DNA of 53,392 nt from the NCBI GenBank assembly GCA_035299365.1, contig DATGWS010000268.1:1-53392 (forward strand), given 5' to 3'. This DNA is from Candidatus Didemnitutus sp. GTDB taxonomy: Bacteria > Bacteroidota > Ignavibacteria > Kapaibacteriales > Kapaibacteriaceae. The notes beneath the pieces are model-generated. The model saw nothing but the letters and a program-made list of their open reading frames with translations, was not told where the DNA came from and searched no databases. The position numbers were made by a program, and so were the translations under genes. Below are positions 1 to 9,184 of this stretch, piece after piece; position 1 is the stretch's first letter; every line of letters begins with the position of its first letter.

Positions 1-77
1 ATGCTACGGCCATCCGCTACCATTCTGACGGCATTCCGTTTGAATTCTTCATCAAATGTTCGTCGACTCTTTGCCAT
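1..77 (-). mobile_element. IS3-family transposase orfA, 5' part only (gene runs off the left window edge)
   Basis: The reverse strand from the ATG at 77..75 reads MAKSRRTFDEEFKRNAVRMVADGRS, a typical IS3/IS911 OrfA HTH N-terminus. GGAGG (87..83) lies 5 nt upstream. It is absent from the ORF track because the window edge truncates it. Confidence 0.6.
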
Positions 78-124
78 TTGAACCTCCAGGATCCTTGAAA
101 TTATGGATTCCAGAGTGTCCGTTT

Positions 125-1264
125 TTACCTGACCAGCTCAATACCACCCTTCCCAACAACAACAGTCCTTGCGTTAGGAAATGTTGCTTGAAAAGCTTTA
201 AGTCCGCGCAGGTGATGAGTGCTTCCGCTTTTCACTTCGATACCAAGTATGCTGTCTCCGCGTTTAAGTACAAAGTCAACTTCGTCATCTCCTTGTCTCC
301 ACCATTGCAATTCAGAGCTCGACCCTTCAACGATACATCGCAGATGTGTTCCTACTGCGCTCTCAACGCACTGACCTCGCATTGTTTCGCTCATTGAACG
401 TGACCACCCAACGCCCATTGCCGTTGGTACTGCATTAGCAAAGGCGAGGAGCTTGGGACTGGATCGTCTTTGCCTGACCATGTTGCCAGAGAACTTGGAG
501 ATTCCACACAAGAGCCCGGCATCTTCCAAAAGTGAAAGGTAGTGGGCAATGGTGGTAGTGTTTCCAGCATCATGCAAGGTTCCAATGAGCTTCGTATACG
601 TTACTTCTCGAGTTGTCATGCGTGAGGCGATCTCCACGAGTTGTCTCAGGAGGTATGGCTTGTCGATACGGTTCATCTGCAGCACATCGCGGCTGATGAT
701 GGGCTCGATGATCGATGAGCGCACATACTCCGTCCATCTATCTACATCGTGTACAATGTCTGCCGGCCCGGGATAGCCCCCATAGATCAGATACGTATCG
801 AGGTCCCATGAGAAGGCGCGTTCCATTTCCGAGAAAGTCCATGGCATCATGCAAATGCGTTCGAATCGTCCGGCGAGACTTTCGGTAAGCCCCCTATGAA
901 TGAATGTTGTTGACGAACCCGTGAGGATCACCCGGATGTCTCGGCCTTCAAAGGTGTCTTGATCCCAGAACTTCTTAACGCATTCACTCCATTGAGGAAT
1001 CTTCTGGACCTCATCAATGACAAGAATAACCGGCCCTGTATCGTACGCCTCTCGAGCAGATCTCCACACTTGTTCTAGCCATTCCGTCGGGTTTGTGAGT
1101 GCTCCATCTGCAATCTCGTATATCACAGGGACCTGTACCCCAATAAGGGCCTGGCGGACCACAGTTGACTTTCCTATTTGCCGCGGTCCGGTGATGGCAT
1201 GAATGAATCTTCTGGGCTCATTGAGCCTTTTCCGAAGAACATCAACCTCTTTACGTTCAAACAC
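125..1264 (-). CDS. AAA-family ATPase (AAA_14 / DUF4143-type)
   Basis: 379-aa ORF with a GTG start. It has Walker A GPRQIGKST and Walker B ILVIDEVQ. The C-terminal half has the DUF4143-like layout seen in stand-alone ATPases. Confidence 0.8.
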   Translation of the reverse strand: MFERKEVDVLRKRLNEPRRFIHAITGPRQIGKSTVVRQALIGVQVPVIYEIADGALTNPTEWLEQVWRSAREAYDTGPVILVIDEVQKIPQWSECVKKFWDQDTFEGRDIRVILTGSSTTFIHRGLTESLAGRFERICMMPWTFSEMERAFSWDLDTYLIYGGYPGPADIVHDVDRWTEYVRSSIIEPIISRDVLQMNRIDKPYLLRQLVEIASRMTTREVTYTKLIGTLHDAGNTTTIAHYLSLLEDAGLLCGISKFSGNMVRQRRSSPKLLAFANAVPTAMGVGWSRSMSETMRGQCVESAVGTHLRCIVEGSSSELQWWRQGDDEVDFVLKRGDSILGIEVKSGSTHHLRGLKAFQATFPNARTVVVGKGGIELVR

Positions 1265-1282
1265 TTAGTCGTTCCTGGACAA

Positions 1283-1327
1283 TTAACTCAATTCATTGAG
1301 TAAAATAACTCAATACGTTGAGTTAAT
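1283..1327. promoter_or_regulatory. Two adjacent AT-rich palindromes sharing an AACTCAA half-site (operator- or terminator-like)
   Basis: The sequences are TTAACTCAAT-TC-ATTGAGTAA and ATAACTCAA-TACG-TTGAGTTAAT. They sit between the tyrosinase stop (1327) and the ATPase start (1264). On the minus strand the second hairpin is followed by TTTT. Confidence 0.45.
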
Positions 1328-2451
1328 CAAGGAACAACATCATATTGATAGTTCAGTACTGACTCATCAAGCACAGAGGCCGGAGTGTTCTTTCCGTTGG
1401 TTTTGAAGGAGAATGGCTCCATCACATCATTGAGATTTGAGCCGTGCGGTCCGCCGGTTGTGGGTGCATAGGTCTTGCCGTGACGTTTCATCCAGGCCGT
1501 CCAAAGTCTGTCGATGTTCGCATGATGTATCCAAAAGCAGGGATCGTTCGGAGACGTAGACTGCGTCATGTTTCCCGCTATCAATCCGCCGTTGTATGGT
1601 ATAACGCCCCCTACCCAAATGTGGACCACGTTATGCATCTGACTTCGACGACGGGCCGTAGGAATCACGTCCATGATGCCATCATCACACTCTTCCCCTG
1701 CCGTACCGCGCCAACCTTCGAGTGAGTTGCGGAAACTGATTGCTGTGTCTACTGAGCTATCCCACGGTGCAGAATCGTATGTGGCAATACCGAGAGTATT
1801 CTCGATCTCAGCAGCCGATGGAAGTACTACCGTGCTATCCTTGAAGATCGTGAAGCCCCGTACCAGATATGGCACCGGGTTGGGATTGTTATCAGCATCG
1901 TCAAAGAGGGAGTCAATGTCTCCTGTATCGAAGATTCGAACGATAAATGAGTCCTTTTGAAAGGGGCCTGTGGTAACGGCATACCCTTGCGATGGATCTC
2001 CGTCTCCCCCCATAAAGTCCGGCGCAAAAATGGTACCTACACTATTCGGATCTATCCAGTCCCAATAGGGAATGGCGATGTCCTTGCCCGACACCTCTTT
2101 TAAAGCACTTTCGAAAAGATCGAGGTAGACACGGTGCCACGGTAGGAAGGCCGGATTCATGTGGGCGGGATACATCCCTTCGAGACCGTGTCCCGAGCCT
2201 GATGTGCAATAGAAGGCCTTCAGGTGCCAGTACACAAACTGGTCGTAGTAGTTCATTGATGCATCGTAGGGCGATGGTGTTGCCTTCAATTTTTTCAGTG
2301 CAGATACAAAGTCTGCTTTCTCCTGTGCACTTAATGCCAATACGTTCTTCCGCACACGAACGGCTTGTTCTGTGGCTGGGTCCGTGGTAGAGCAACCTAT
2401 CACAAGGGCAAACACTGCAATGGCTATGGCAATCCCGTAGCGTTGAGTCAT
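1327..2451 (-). CDS. Tyrosinase / type-3 copper oxidase, predicted lipoprotein
   Basis: The CuA region reads HLKAF..GHG..AHMNPAFLPWHRVYL. The CuB region reads HNVVHIWVGG...FWIHHANIDRLW. The N-terminal signal carries the lipobox LVIGC. Confidence 0.85.
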   Translation of the reverse strand: MTQRYGIAIAIAVFALVIGCSTTDPATEQAVRVRKNVLALSAQEKADFVSALKKLKATPSPYDASMNYYDQFVYWHLKAFYCTSGSGHGLEGMYPAHMNPAFLPWHRVYLDLFESALKEVSGKDIAIPYWDWIDPNSVGTIFAPDFMGGDGDPSQGYAVTTGPFQKDSFIVRIFDTGDIDSLFDDADNNPNPVPYLVRGFTIFKDSTVVLPSAAEIENTLGIATYDSAPWDSSVDTAISFRNSLEGWRGTAGEECDDGIMDVIPTARRRSQMHNVVHIWVGGVIPYNGGLIAGNMTQSTSPNDPCFWIHHANIDRLWTAWMKRHGKTYAPTTGGPHGSNLNDVMEPFSFKTNGKNTPASVLDESVLNYQYDVVP

Positions 2452-2505
2452 GCTCGTACTTTCTTATTGTTTTCTGAATCTACTGCAATCTTCGGCTCAG
2501 TCTCC

Positions 2506-2513
2506 TATGTTTG
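2506..2513 (+). promoter_or_regulatory. Candidate Bacteroidetes-type -7 promoter box (TAnnTTTG)
   Basis: TATGTTTG lies 53 nt upstream of the multicopper oxidase ATG at 2566, in the divergent intergenic region. Confidence 0.35.
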
Positions 2514-2565
2514 TCGCACCCGAGGGGTTCGGGAAATCTACGCATGCATTCAAGGGGCTCCTGCC

Positions 2566-4380
2566 ATGTCCGTCCGCTCTATCATTGTTGGTGTGGTCTT
2601 TACACTCACATCATTCTCTGCTCTCTTTGCACAAGAAGAGCTTGTTCAACCCGAGGAGGTCCTTGCCGTTGATGGTGTTGTCAGCGACACACTTACGTTG
2701 GCGATATCGCCGATCACGGTTGCGGGGAAAACGCTTACATCCCGACTCTATAACGGTTCATCACCTGGACCTACCTACAGGCTGCATCGCGGTGAACTTC
2801 TTCGGGTTCTGCTGAAGAACCAATTGCCCCCTAACCCAGATCAGGATAGTGCAGACCAAGGGAACTTCCCACAGCGACTGAATACCACCAATCTTCATAC
2901 CCATGGTTTGAATGTGTCTCCGTCAGACAGCTCTGACAATGTGCTGTTGGAGATCCTTCCTGGAACGGACTTCCAGTTTCACATCCAACTTCCAACAGAT
3001 CATGCAGCGGGTACGTATTGGTATCATCCGCATCACCATACGTCAACCTACGGTCAGGTTGTGAGTGGCTTAGCTGGCACGATCATCGTTGAGGATGTGA
3101 ATGACCCACTGGTAACGGACCCGGCACTTCTGGCAATCGAAGACCGCATCTTTGTGTTCTCGCTCTTCCAGTACGATACGGCAACGAACACACTTCCATA
3201 TCCGGTACGAAATACGAGTGCTGCAACAGCATTCAGTCCATATGGCACGGTCACAGACTCCCCTGTTCTCGTCAATGGAATGCTCAACCCAAAAGTCACC
3301 TTCCGTCCGGGCGAGATCCAACGCTGGCGGATGATCAATGCCACGTACGAGATGAACATCGACGTTCGTTTCTTGAAGATCATCGAAGGAGACACAACGC
3401 AGGTAGTCCATCAGGCCATTGCAAATGACGGACTCTATTTCAACACGATGAAACCTTCGTCGCACGAGATCATACCAACAGGTGCACGCTTGGACTTCCT
3501 CGTTACGGCCCCGTCCGAACCGGGAGAATACGTGATGCAGGTGCTCACGCGTGATCGGCAACTTGTTGCACAACCCGATCCGCAGTTCATCACCATCGTT
3601 GTAGCCGGAGACCCTATTGTGCCGGCGATGTCCATGCCCACGAGACTACCGATCCCTATTGCGCAAGGTGATATTCGTGACGATGAGATAACAGGTAGCC
3701 GTACCATCGTTTTCAACGTTGGAGACTTTGCAGACCTTGCCACGGATCCTACAGTTGTCTCGCGCTCATTCACAATTGACAACGCGCCGTTCGATCATAA
3801 CGTTGTGAATATCACGTTGCAATCCGGTGCCGTAGAAGAATGGACTATCATCAACAACAGCACAGACTTCCATCCCTTCCATATCCACGTGAATGAGTTT
3901 CAGGCAATTGAGAAGAATGGTGTAAAGTTTGATCCGCCCATCTGGTGGGATGTGATGCTGCTCGATACGATGAGCACCTATAAGATTCGTCATCGTTTTG
4001 GTCCAGCAAGTGGCAAAACCGTTATGCATTGTCACTACCTTCCTCACGAGGACTGGGGCATGATGAATCTCATAGACATTCTTCCGAAGTCTACGAGTAT
4101 CGATGAAGCACCATGGACAACACCCGTAGCCTTCCCCAATCCCGTAGTTGGCAGAATTGATCGGGTGAACGTGAACATCCCTGAGTTCCTCACGGGTAAA
4201 ACGCTGAACATTTCATTGCACAACGTAGAAGGAAACCTTGTTTCATCGCAGACTATTGATCCTTCGTTGAAGCGTCAAGCATCTATCGACGTGTCTGCAC
4301 TTCCTGCCGGGACGTATTACCTCCTTGTGAATGACGGGGGCGTATACCGCGAGTCCGACATGATCGTGCTTGTTCGTTGA
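2566..4380 (+). CDS. Multicopper oxidase (laccase-like) with T9SS C-terminal sorting domain
   Basis: Copper motifs are LHTHG, WYHPHHH, HPFHIHVN and HCHYLPHEDWGMM. The signal peptide starts at the internal ATG 2566 (MSVRSIIVGVVFTLTSFSALFAQ). The C-terminal about 85 aa (AFPNPVVGRI...LPAGTYYLLV...VLVR) look like a T9SS CTD. The ORF-track start at 2365 overlaps the tyrosinase gene and was rejected. Confidence 0.85.
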   Translation: MSVRSIIVGVVFTLTSFSALFAQEELVQPEEVLAVDGVVSDTLTLAISPITVAGKTLTSRLYNGSSPGPTYRLHRGELLRVLLKNQLPPNPDQDSADQGNFPQRLNTTNLHTHGLNVSPSDSSDNVLLEILPGTDFQFHIQLPTDHAAGTYWYHPHHHTSTYGQVVSGLAGTIIVEDVNDPLVTDPALLAIEDRIFVFSLFQYDTATNTLPYPVRNTSAATAFSPYGTVTDSPVLVNGMLNPKVTFRPGEIQRWRMINATYEMNIDVRFLKIIEGDTTQVVHQAIANDGLYFNTMKPSSHEIIPTGARLDFLVTAPSEPGEYVMQVLTRDRQLVAQPDPQFITIVVAGDPIVPAMSMPTRLPIPIAQGDIRDDEITGSRTIVFNVGDFADLATDPTVVSRSFTIDNAPFDHNVVNITLQSGAVEEWTIINNSTDFHPFHIHVNEFQAIEKNGVKFDPPIWWDVMLLDTMSTYKIRHRFGPASGKTVMHCHYLPHEDWGMMNLIDILPKSTSIDEAPWTTPVAFPNPVVGRIDRVNVNIPEFLTGKTLNISLHNVEGNLVSSQTIDPSLKRQASIDVSALPAGTYYLLVNDGGVYRESDMIVLVR

Positions 4381-4895
4381 TGACACGATTCATTCTCGTT
4401 GCCTGCATTCTTGCAGGTCTCTGCATTACCACTACATACGCACAGCGGGCGGTGGGATCTCTACCGCCCGTTCTGTCTGCGGACAGCGTGTCCGTAGACA
4501 TCGTGAAACGGTCGTATGATCAGCCCCTTATCGTGATACGGTTTTTGGGTTCGCTGTGTAGTCACTGCATGCAACAGCTCGTTGCCCTAAATGAGAAGGC
4601 GTCTACGTTCAAAGACCTGAACACCCGCATCATTGCCTTCTCGAACAACCCGCCTACTAAGTGTGCCGAGGTTATGCTCGACTATAACATCGACACGTCG
4701 GTCATTGATATCTGCAGCGACACAGACAACACCTGTTCCCGAGCTCTCGGCACAACCATCACCGAGAAGGATGGCTCCACTACCGATCTGCATGCCTTTC
4801 TTATCCTCGATAAGGGGCAAGTAGTGCTCGAACACTATTCGGCTACTCCGCTTATGGGCTTTGCATCTGTGATGGACGTTCTGAGGCGCTTGTAG
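4380..4895 (+). CDS. Secreted thioredoxin-fold (TlpA/redoxin-like) protein with CxxC
   Basis: It has a signal peptide (MTRFILVACILAGLCITTTYAQ) and a CSHC motif after a beta-strand (VIRFLGSLCSHC). The ATG at 4380 overlaps the oxidase TGA by 1 nt (TGATG). Confidence 0.65.
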   Translation: MTRFILVACILAGLCITTTYAQRAVGSLPPVLSADSVSVDIVKRSYDQPLIVIRFLGSLCSHCMQQLVALNEKASTFKDLNTRIIAFSNNPPTKCAEVMLDYNIDTSVIDICSDTDNTCSRALGTTITEKDGSTTDLHAFLILDKGQVVLEHYSATPLMGFASVMDVLRRL

Positions 4896-4903
4896 GGATG
4901 AAC

Positions 4904-4963
4904 ATTGTCCATAGGATTGTCCATAGGATTGTCCATTGAATTGTCCGTATTAATGTCCAGAAT
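4904..4963. repeat. Five tandem 12-bp units (ATTGTCCATAGG-type iterons)
   Basis: The units are ATTGTCCATAGG x2, ATTGTCCATTGA, ATTGTCCGTATT and AATGTCCAGAAT, head to tail. A sixth copy, ATTGTCCATATG, lies at 5007..5018 and overlaps the fic start codon. Confidence 0.8.
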
Positions 4964-5015
4964 GGCAGTTAGTCGTTATGATACATAGGGATACGGAATT
5001 CGCTATATTGTCCAT

Positions 5016-6218
5016 ATGAGCGTCCAGATCGTATACCCAACGCCCTACATTCCAGAAGATCATTCGATAGGCATTCTTCAGGAGAGGGCCTCCGACGTTA
5101 TCGTTAAGTCGCATGGCATAACAGGCATTGTTCCATCCGGATTGCAGGAGCCCCTTACCGTCCTTCTGCGAGCAATGAATTCGTATTACACGAATCGGAT
5201 AGAGGGACAAACCACCACACCCAATGAGATCGAAAGGGCAATGAAGAGTGACTATTCTGGCGACAGGCGAATAGCTCAGCTGCAACGTTTGGCCATTGCT
5301 CACATGGAGGTGGAACGAATGCTTGAAGAGGAGAGTGCCGGGCTTGCGATTTCAGATCTATACAACCCAAGCGTTGTCCAGAATATCCATCGAGCACTCT
5401 ATACTAGGCTGGAACCAGACGACAGAGTAACGACGGACGGCGCCCAGATTGAACCCGGGGCATTCAGAGATGTCACGGTTTACGTCGGCATTCATGTATC
5501 ACCAGAACCTCAAGAGATCAGCGACCAGCTCCGTCGGTGGTCTGAGATGTATGGTCAACAGCGTGGTTTGGAGCGGTCATTGATCGCTGCTGTTTGTTCG
5601 CACCACAGATTGGCTTGGATCCATCCATTTCGTGATGGAAACGGCCGCGTTGCACGTCTTCATATGCATTCGGTTCTTCACTCGCTCGGTCTTACAAATG
5701 GTTTGTGGACGCCGGTTCGAGGTTTTGCTCGCGACGTTCATCAATATTATGCAAGACTAGCTGGCGCTGATCAACCTCGATGGAATGATCTCGACGGGCG
5801 TGGCAATCTGTCTCAGAAGGAACTCGTTCTCTGGGGGGAGTATGTTCTTGATACGTGTCTTGATCAGATATCATTCATCGAGCGTTTGCTACAGCTACGC
5901 TCTCTTCGTGACAATCTTGGACTCCTACTTCGGTCACTTGAAGCACGTCCATGGCAGATGGGTTCTGAACGATCCGTTGTTAGGATCGATGCACTCGAGC
6001 CATTGCTTTACTCCGCATACACAGGCGAGGTTGATCGAGCTCGTTTCATAAGCATGATCGGTCTTCCGCAAAGGACCTCCCGTAGAGTGTTGGCGTCGCT
6101 AATAGACTACGGTCTTCTAACATCAACAACACCAAAAGGTCCGGTACGTTTCGCTCTTCCGTTCTCGGCCCTCAGCATGCTTTTCCCTCGTCTTTGGCCA
6201 GAAGCCGGCGGTTTGTGA
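5016..6218 (+). CDS. Fic family protein (AMPylase-type) with intramolecular inhibitory motif
   Basis: The Fic active-site motif is HPFRDGNGRVARL. An N-terminal TNRIEG matches the (S/T)xxxE(G/N) inhibitory helix. The C-terminal about 80 aa look like a winged helix. Confidence 0.85.
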   Translation: MSVQIVYPTPYIPEDHSIGILQERASDVIVKSHGITGIVPSGLQEPLTVLLRAMNSYYTNRIEGQTTTPNEIERAMKSDYSGDRRIAQLQRLAIAHMEVERMLEEESAGLAISDLYNPSVVQNIHRALYTRLEPDDRVTTDGAQIEPGAFRDVTVYVGIHVSPEPQEISDQLRRWSEMYGQQRGLERSLIAAVCSHHRLAWIHPFRDGNGRVARLHMHSVLHSLGLTNGLWTPVRGFARDVHQYYARLAGADQPRWNDLDGRGNLSQKELVLWGEYVLDTCLDQISFIERLLQLRSLRDNLGLLLRSLEARPWQMGSERSVVRIDALEPLLYSAYTGEVDRARFISMIGLPQRTSRRVLASLIDYGLLTSTTPKGPVRFALPFSALSMLFPRLWPEAGGL

Positions 6219-6222
6219 TTGA

Positions 6223-7734
6223 TCACATCGTTCCACTGTTCTGCGTCGCAGCAACGCCTGAAACGCTGAGTTTCCTCAGGAGGGAGCGTTTCTTTGAGTG
6301 GTGCTCTGCCATGCGATGAAGGATGTCGCTGAGAAACTGGACGGTGTCAACGATGTACGGACCTTTGTTCAGCATCACACATTCTGCTCGTACAGACATC
6401 GCGGCATCACTGACCTCTGCGCGAGAAGGAATGCCTTTTTGCGCCATACCTTCAAGGACCTGAGTAGCCCATATCACCGGTACGTGGGCGGCTTCACAAA
6501 GCCAAAGGATCTCTTCTTGTACTTCTGCGAGACGTTCGAAACCGATCTCAACGGCAAGATCTCCGCGTGCAACCATTATCCCGAATGGTGGGTGACGAAG
6601 TCCTTCAAAGAGGATCTGTGGCAGATGTTCAAATCCGTCCTGGGTTTCGATCTTAGCCACTACTCCTCGATCCGTAAGACCAAGTCTCTCCATTTCGTTG
6701 AAGAGCGAAGCAATATCACGTGCTGATCGTACGAAGCTCATGCCGATGATGTCGGCAAACTGGCCGAGCTGCTCGAGATGTTTCACATCGTCGTTCGTAA
6801 GCGCATCGATCTGTAACGGTGTATCGGGAAGATTGATCCCTTTTTCGGCACGTAGCCATGCTCCGCCGTGTTTTGTACGAACGATCTCCACTTCAAAGCC
6901 ACCTTCGTTGACGTCGATCACACGTGAGGAGACCTTGCCATCATTGATCCACAACGGATCACCGATTCGAATAGCATCGAATACCTCTTCCGGTTCACAC
7001 GAGAGCAGGATCCGTTCTTCTGAGGGAGATCGCAGATCACAGGCGTAACCATGGAGCCCCTTTGCAAATCGAATGATGTCACCTTTACGAACCCTTACAC
7101 GCTCCATCGGTCCGAGACGGAACTTTGGTCCACCGAGATCGATGTAGACCTTGCACTTCTTCCCGGTCTGTTGTTCAGCTGCACGAAGATTGCTGATCAT
7201 CGCCTTCCACGCACCAACGTTGTCGTGTGCAGTATTGATCCGCATGATGTCCATGCCCGACCGTACAAGTTCTAGCAAGTGCGACGGGTCCGTTGCTGCC
7301 TCGCTCGACATGGTAACCATAATACGCGCTGACCTCTCACCGTTCGGTGTTCCCATCAACGTGCGAGCGTGATCTGAGAGGTACAGCGGACCGGTTCTTG
7401 CATTCACCGTAGTCGTGACCAGTTCCTCTGAAGAGTATTCATCTCCTGCCATGCATTTCAACGCTGCAATGACGTTTGCAAGCGTGCTAAGAACACATGG
7501 TTCACTTCTCCCTAAGGCGCTCAGACCTAGGTAATGCAGTTCATCCTGCAACTCCCGAACATCTGACCGACGGAGAGCCAAATAGTGTGCAAGGTTGCAG
7601 GCCGAATCACGATAGTTCGGATGCACTCTCTCTATTGAGCCGGCAAACTCGTTCTCGGTCTCCAGGGCACTCGTACGTAACTCGGAGAGAGCATCGATCA
7701 GATCAGCAAGGTTGGATCTGGGTTCAAAGGTCAT
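6223..7734 (-). CDS. Pyruvate kinase family protein (barrel domain, N-terminal extension)
   Basis: Motifs are MDIMRINTAHD, GGPKFRLG, MSFV and MVARGDLAVEIG. The ATG at 7734 is preferred over the TTG at 7740. Confidence 0.75.
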   Translation of the reverse strand: MTFEPRSNLADLIDALSELRTSALETENEFAGSIERVHPNYRDSACNLAHYLALRRSDVRELQDELHYLGLSALGRSEPCVLSTLANVIAALKCMAGDEYSSEELVTTTVNARTGPLYLSDHARTLMGTPNGERSARIMVTMSSEAATDPSHLLELVRSGMDIMRINTAHDNVGAWKAMISNLRAAEQQTGKKCKVYIDLGGPKFRLGPMERVRVRKGDIIRFAKGLHGYACDLRSPSEERILLSCEPEEVFDAIRIGDPLWINDGKVSSRVIDVNEGGFEVEIVRTKHGGAWLRAEKGINLPDTPLQIDALTNDDVKHLEQLGQFADIIGMSFVRSARDIASLFNEMERLGLTDRGVVAKIETQDGFEHLPQILFEGLRHPPFGIMVARGDLAVEIGFERLAEVQEEILWLCEAAHVPVIWATQVLEGMAQKGIPSRAEVSDAAMSVRAECVMLNKGPYIVDTVQFLSDILHRMAEHHSKKRSLLRKLSVSGVAATQNSGTM

Positions 7735-7841
7735 AGCCAAACCTAGGACTACCTAAAGGATTGGACTATGACTTTTGACAGGTTATGGATACTTCATATA
7801 GGGCGTATTTTGTCTGCGTAACACCGTTGATGCAGTGAATC

Positions 7842-8495
7842 ATGCAAAACCTGCTCCGCAAATACGTCCCACCATCAGACCGCTTCGCAGAGATCCTGTG
7901 CGGCCTGATCATGCTGCTCACCTTCACCTTGGCGGGCGGGGTGATGGAGGCGTCACCGGATGAGCTTGTGCTTGGAGCTGTGAGCTGTGCGCTAGCATGG
8001 GGAGTGATCGATGGTGCGATCTTCATGCTGAACTCACTGTTCCAGCGTGGACGTCAGGAAAAGCTGGTTGCAGAGATCCGTTCGCTTGATAGAGCTACAG
8101 CTATTGCCCGACTCCGCGAGGGATTCGATCACAAATATTCCCGGGTTATCAGCCCCGAGATGCGCGAAGAGATCTATCACGACATCGTTGATGTGGCTCT
8201 GGAGACCGAACCTCATCGGCCATGGTTCACACGGGAAGAGGTCTATGGCGGACTTGGTCTTTTGGCCATCGAAGCCATTTGTTCTATCCCAGCCATCCTT
8301 CCACTCATCATTCTCGAAGATGATCTGAGAGCACTTCGATTTTCAAACGCTCTCTTGCTTGCCACGATGGCCGTGATCGGATATTACTGGGCCGGGTGGT
8401 CAGGATGGCAAGGGGCTATGCGGCTCGTCATCGCAGGTTTTGTCCTCGCACTAGGACTGGTAATGGTAGGTGTTGCTATTCTGATGGGCGGTTGA
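7842..8495 (+). CDS. VIT1/CCC1-like integral membrane protein (tentative)
   Basis: 217 aa with several TM helices and a central soluble helix region. The layout resembles VIT-family proteins. The call is from memory only. Confidence 0.45.
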   Translation: MQNLLRKYVPPSDRFAEILCGLIMLLTFTLAGGVMEASPDELVLGAVSCALAWGVIDGAIFMLNSLFQRGRQEKLVAEIRSLDRATAIARLREGFDHKYSRVISPEMREEIYHDIVDVALETEPHRPWFTREEVYGGLGLLAIEAICSIPAILPLIILEDDLRALRFSNALLLATMAVIGYYWAGWSGWQGAMRLVIAGFVLALGLVMVGVAILMGG

Positions 8496-8499
8496 ATAC

Positions 8500-9129
8500 T
8501 CACAACGCTATGTCGAGCGTCACGATCCAATACTGATAGTCTGAGCCTGGACCAAGCCAGTGTACTGCTGCATCAACGGAGTAGACATTCACACCAAGCA
8601 GCGGACCATATGATAGATCCAACGCTTCATGAAGAACGCGGGTACGCTGTAGAACGGCGCCGACTCTAAGATTATCCGTTATAGATCCAGTGAGCTCTGT
8701 CCAACTATAGAAGAACGTCCCATCCGACGATCGCACATCAACAACGAATTCGTTCTCGATATAGACGTTCAATATCCCATACGTTGCTTCGGCCTCCACG
8801 CCAACACCCCATCCCATTGTGTTGCCGACCACCACACCTAGCATTGGAGTGACGTAGCCACTCACAGCCCCTTCCCAACTGAAGACCGGTCCAGCCCACA
8901 AAGAAGCGGTTTTGAAGTCCTCATAGTTGTAGCGCAACTCCAAATGCCATCGGTCATTCTCCATCATCGCCACCGGGATCATAAAGAACCCATCATCTGG
9001 CGTGAAGTAGGCATACGCCATGGCATGAGGTTCCCACGGTGCAGACTTGACCGTGTCCAAGGAACCTTCGGCGAGAAGGGGCGAGGAGTAAAGAACGACC
9101 GCAATGAAGGTGGAGAACAACGTCTTCAT
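8500..9129 (-). CDS. Hypothetical secreted / outer-membrane beta-barrel-like protein
   Basis: The signal peptide starts at the internal ATG 9129 (MKTLFSTFIAVVLYSSPLLAEG). The sequence has an alternating aromatic/glycine beta-strand pattern. Confidence 0.55.
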   Translation of the reverse strand: MKTLFSTFIAVVLYSSPLLAEGSLDTVKSAPWEPHAMAYAYFTPDDGFFMIPVAMMENDRWHLELRYNYEDFKTASLWAGPVFSWEGAVSGYVTPMLGVVVGNTMGWGVGVEAEATYGILNVYIENEFVVDVRSSDGTFFYSWTELTGSITDNLRVGAVLQRTRVLHEALDLSYGPLLGVNVYSVDAAVHWLGPGSDYQYWIVTLDIAL

Positions 9130-9184
9130 ACGGCAACTTACCAAGGAGAAAACCACGTCGTTCTACGCACCGTAATTTGCCGCA

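Noticed and set aside
2365-2565. Upstream extension of the multicopper oxidase ORF (start at 2365)
   Set aside because: The extension overlaps the tyrosinase start on the other strand and encodes no signal peptide. The internal ATG at 2566 gives a canonical signal peptide.
7766-8026. 86-aa minus-strand ORF overlapping the start of the VIT-like gene
   Set aside because: It overlaps the plus-strand membrane-protein gene, which has a clean ATG and TM pattern. Nothing supports this ORF.
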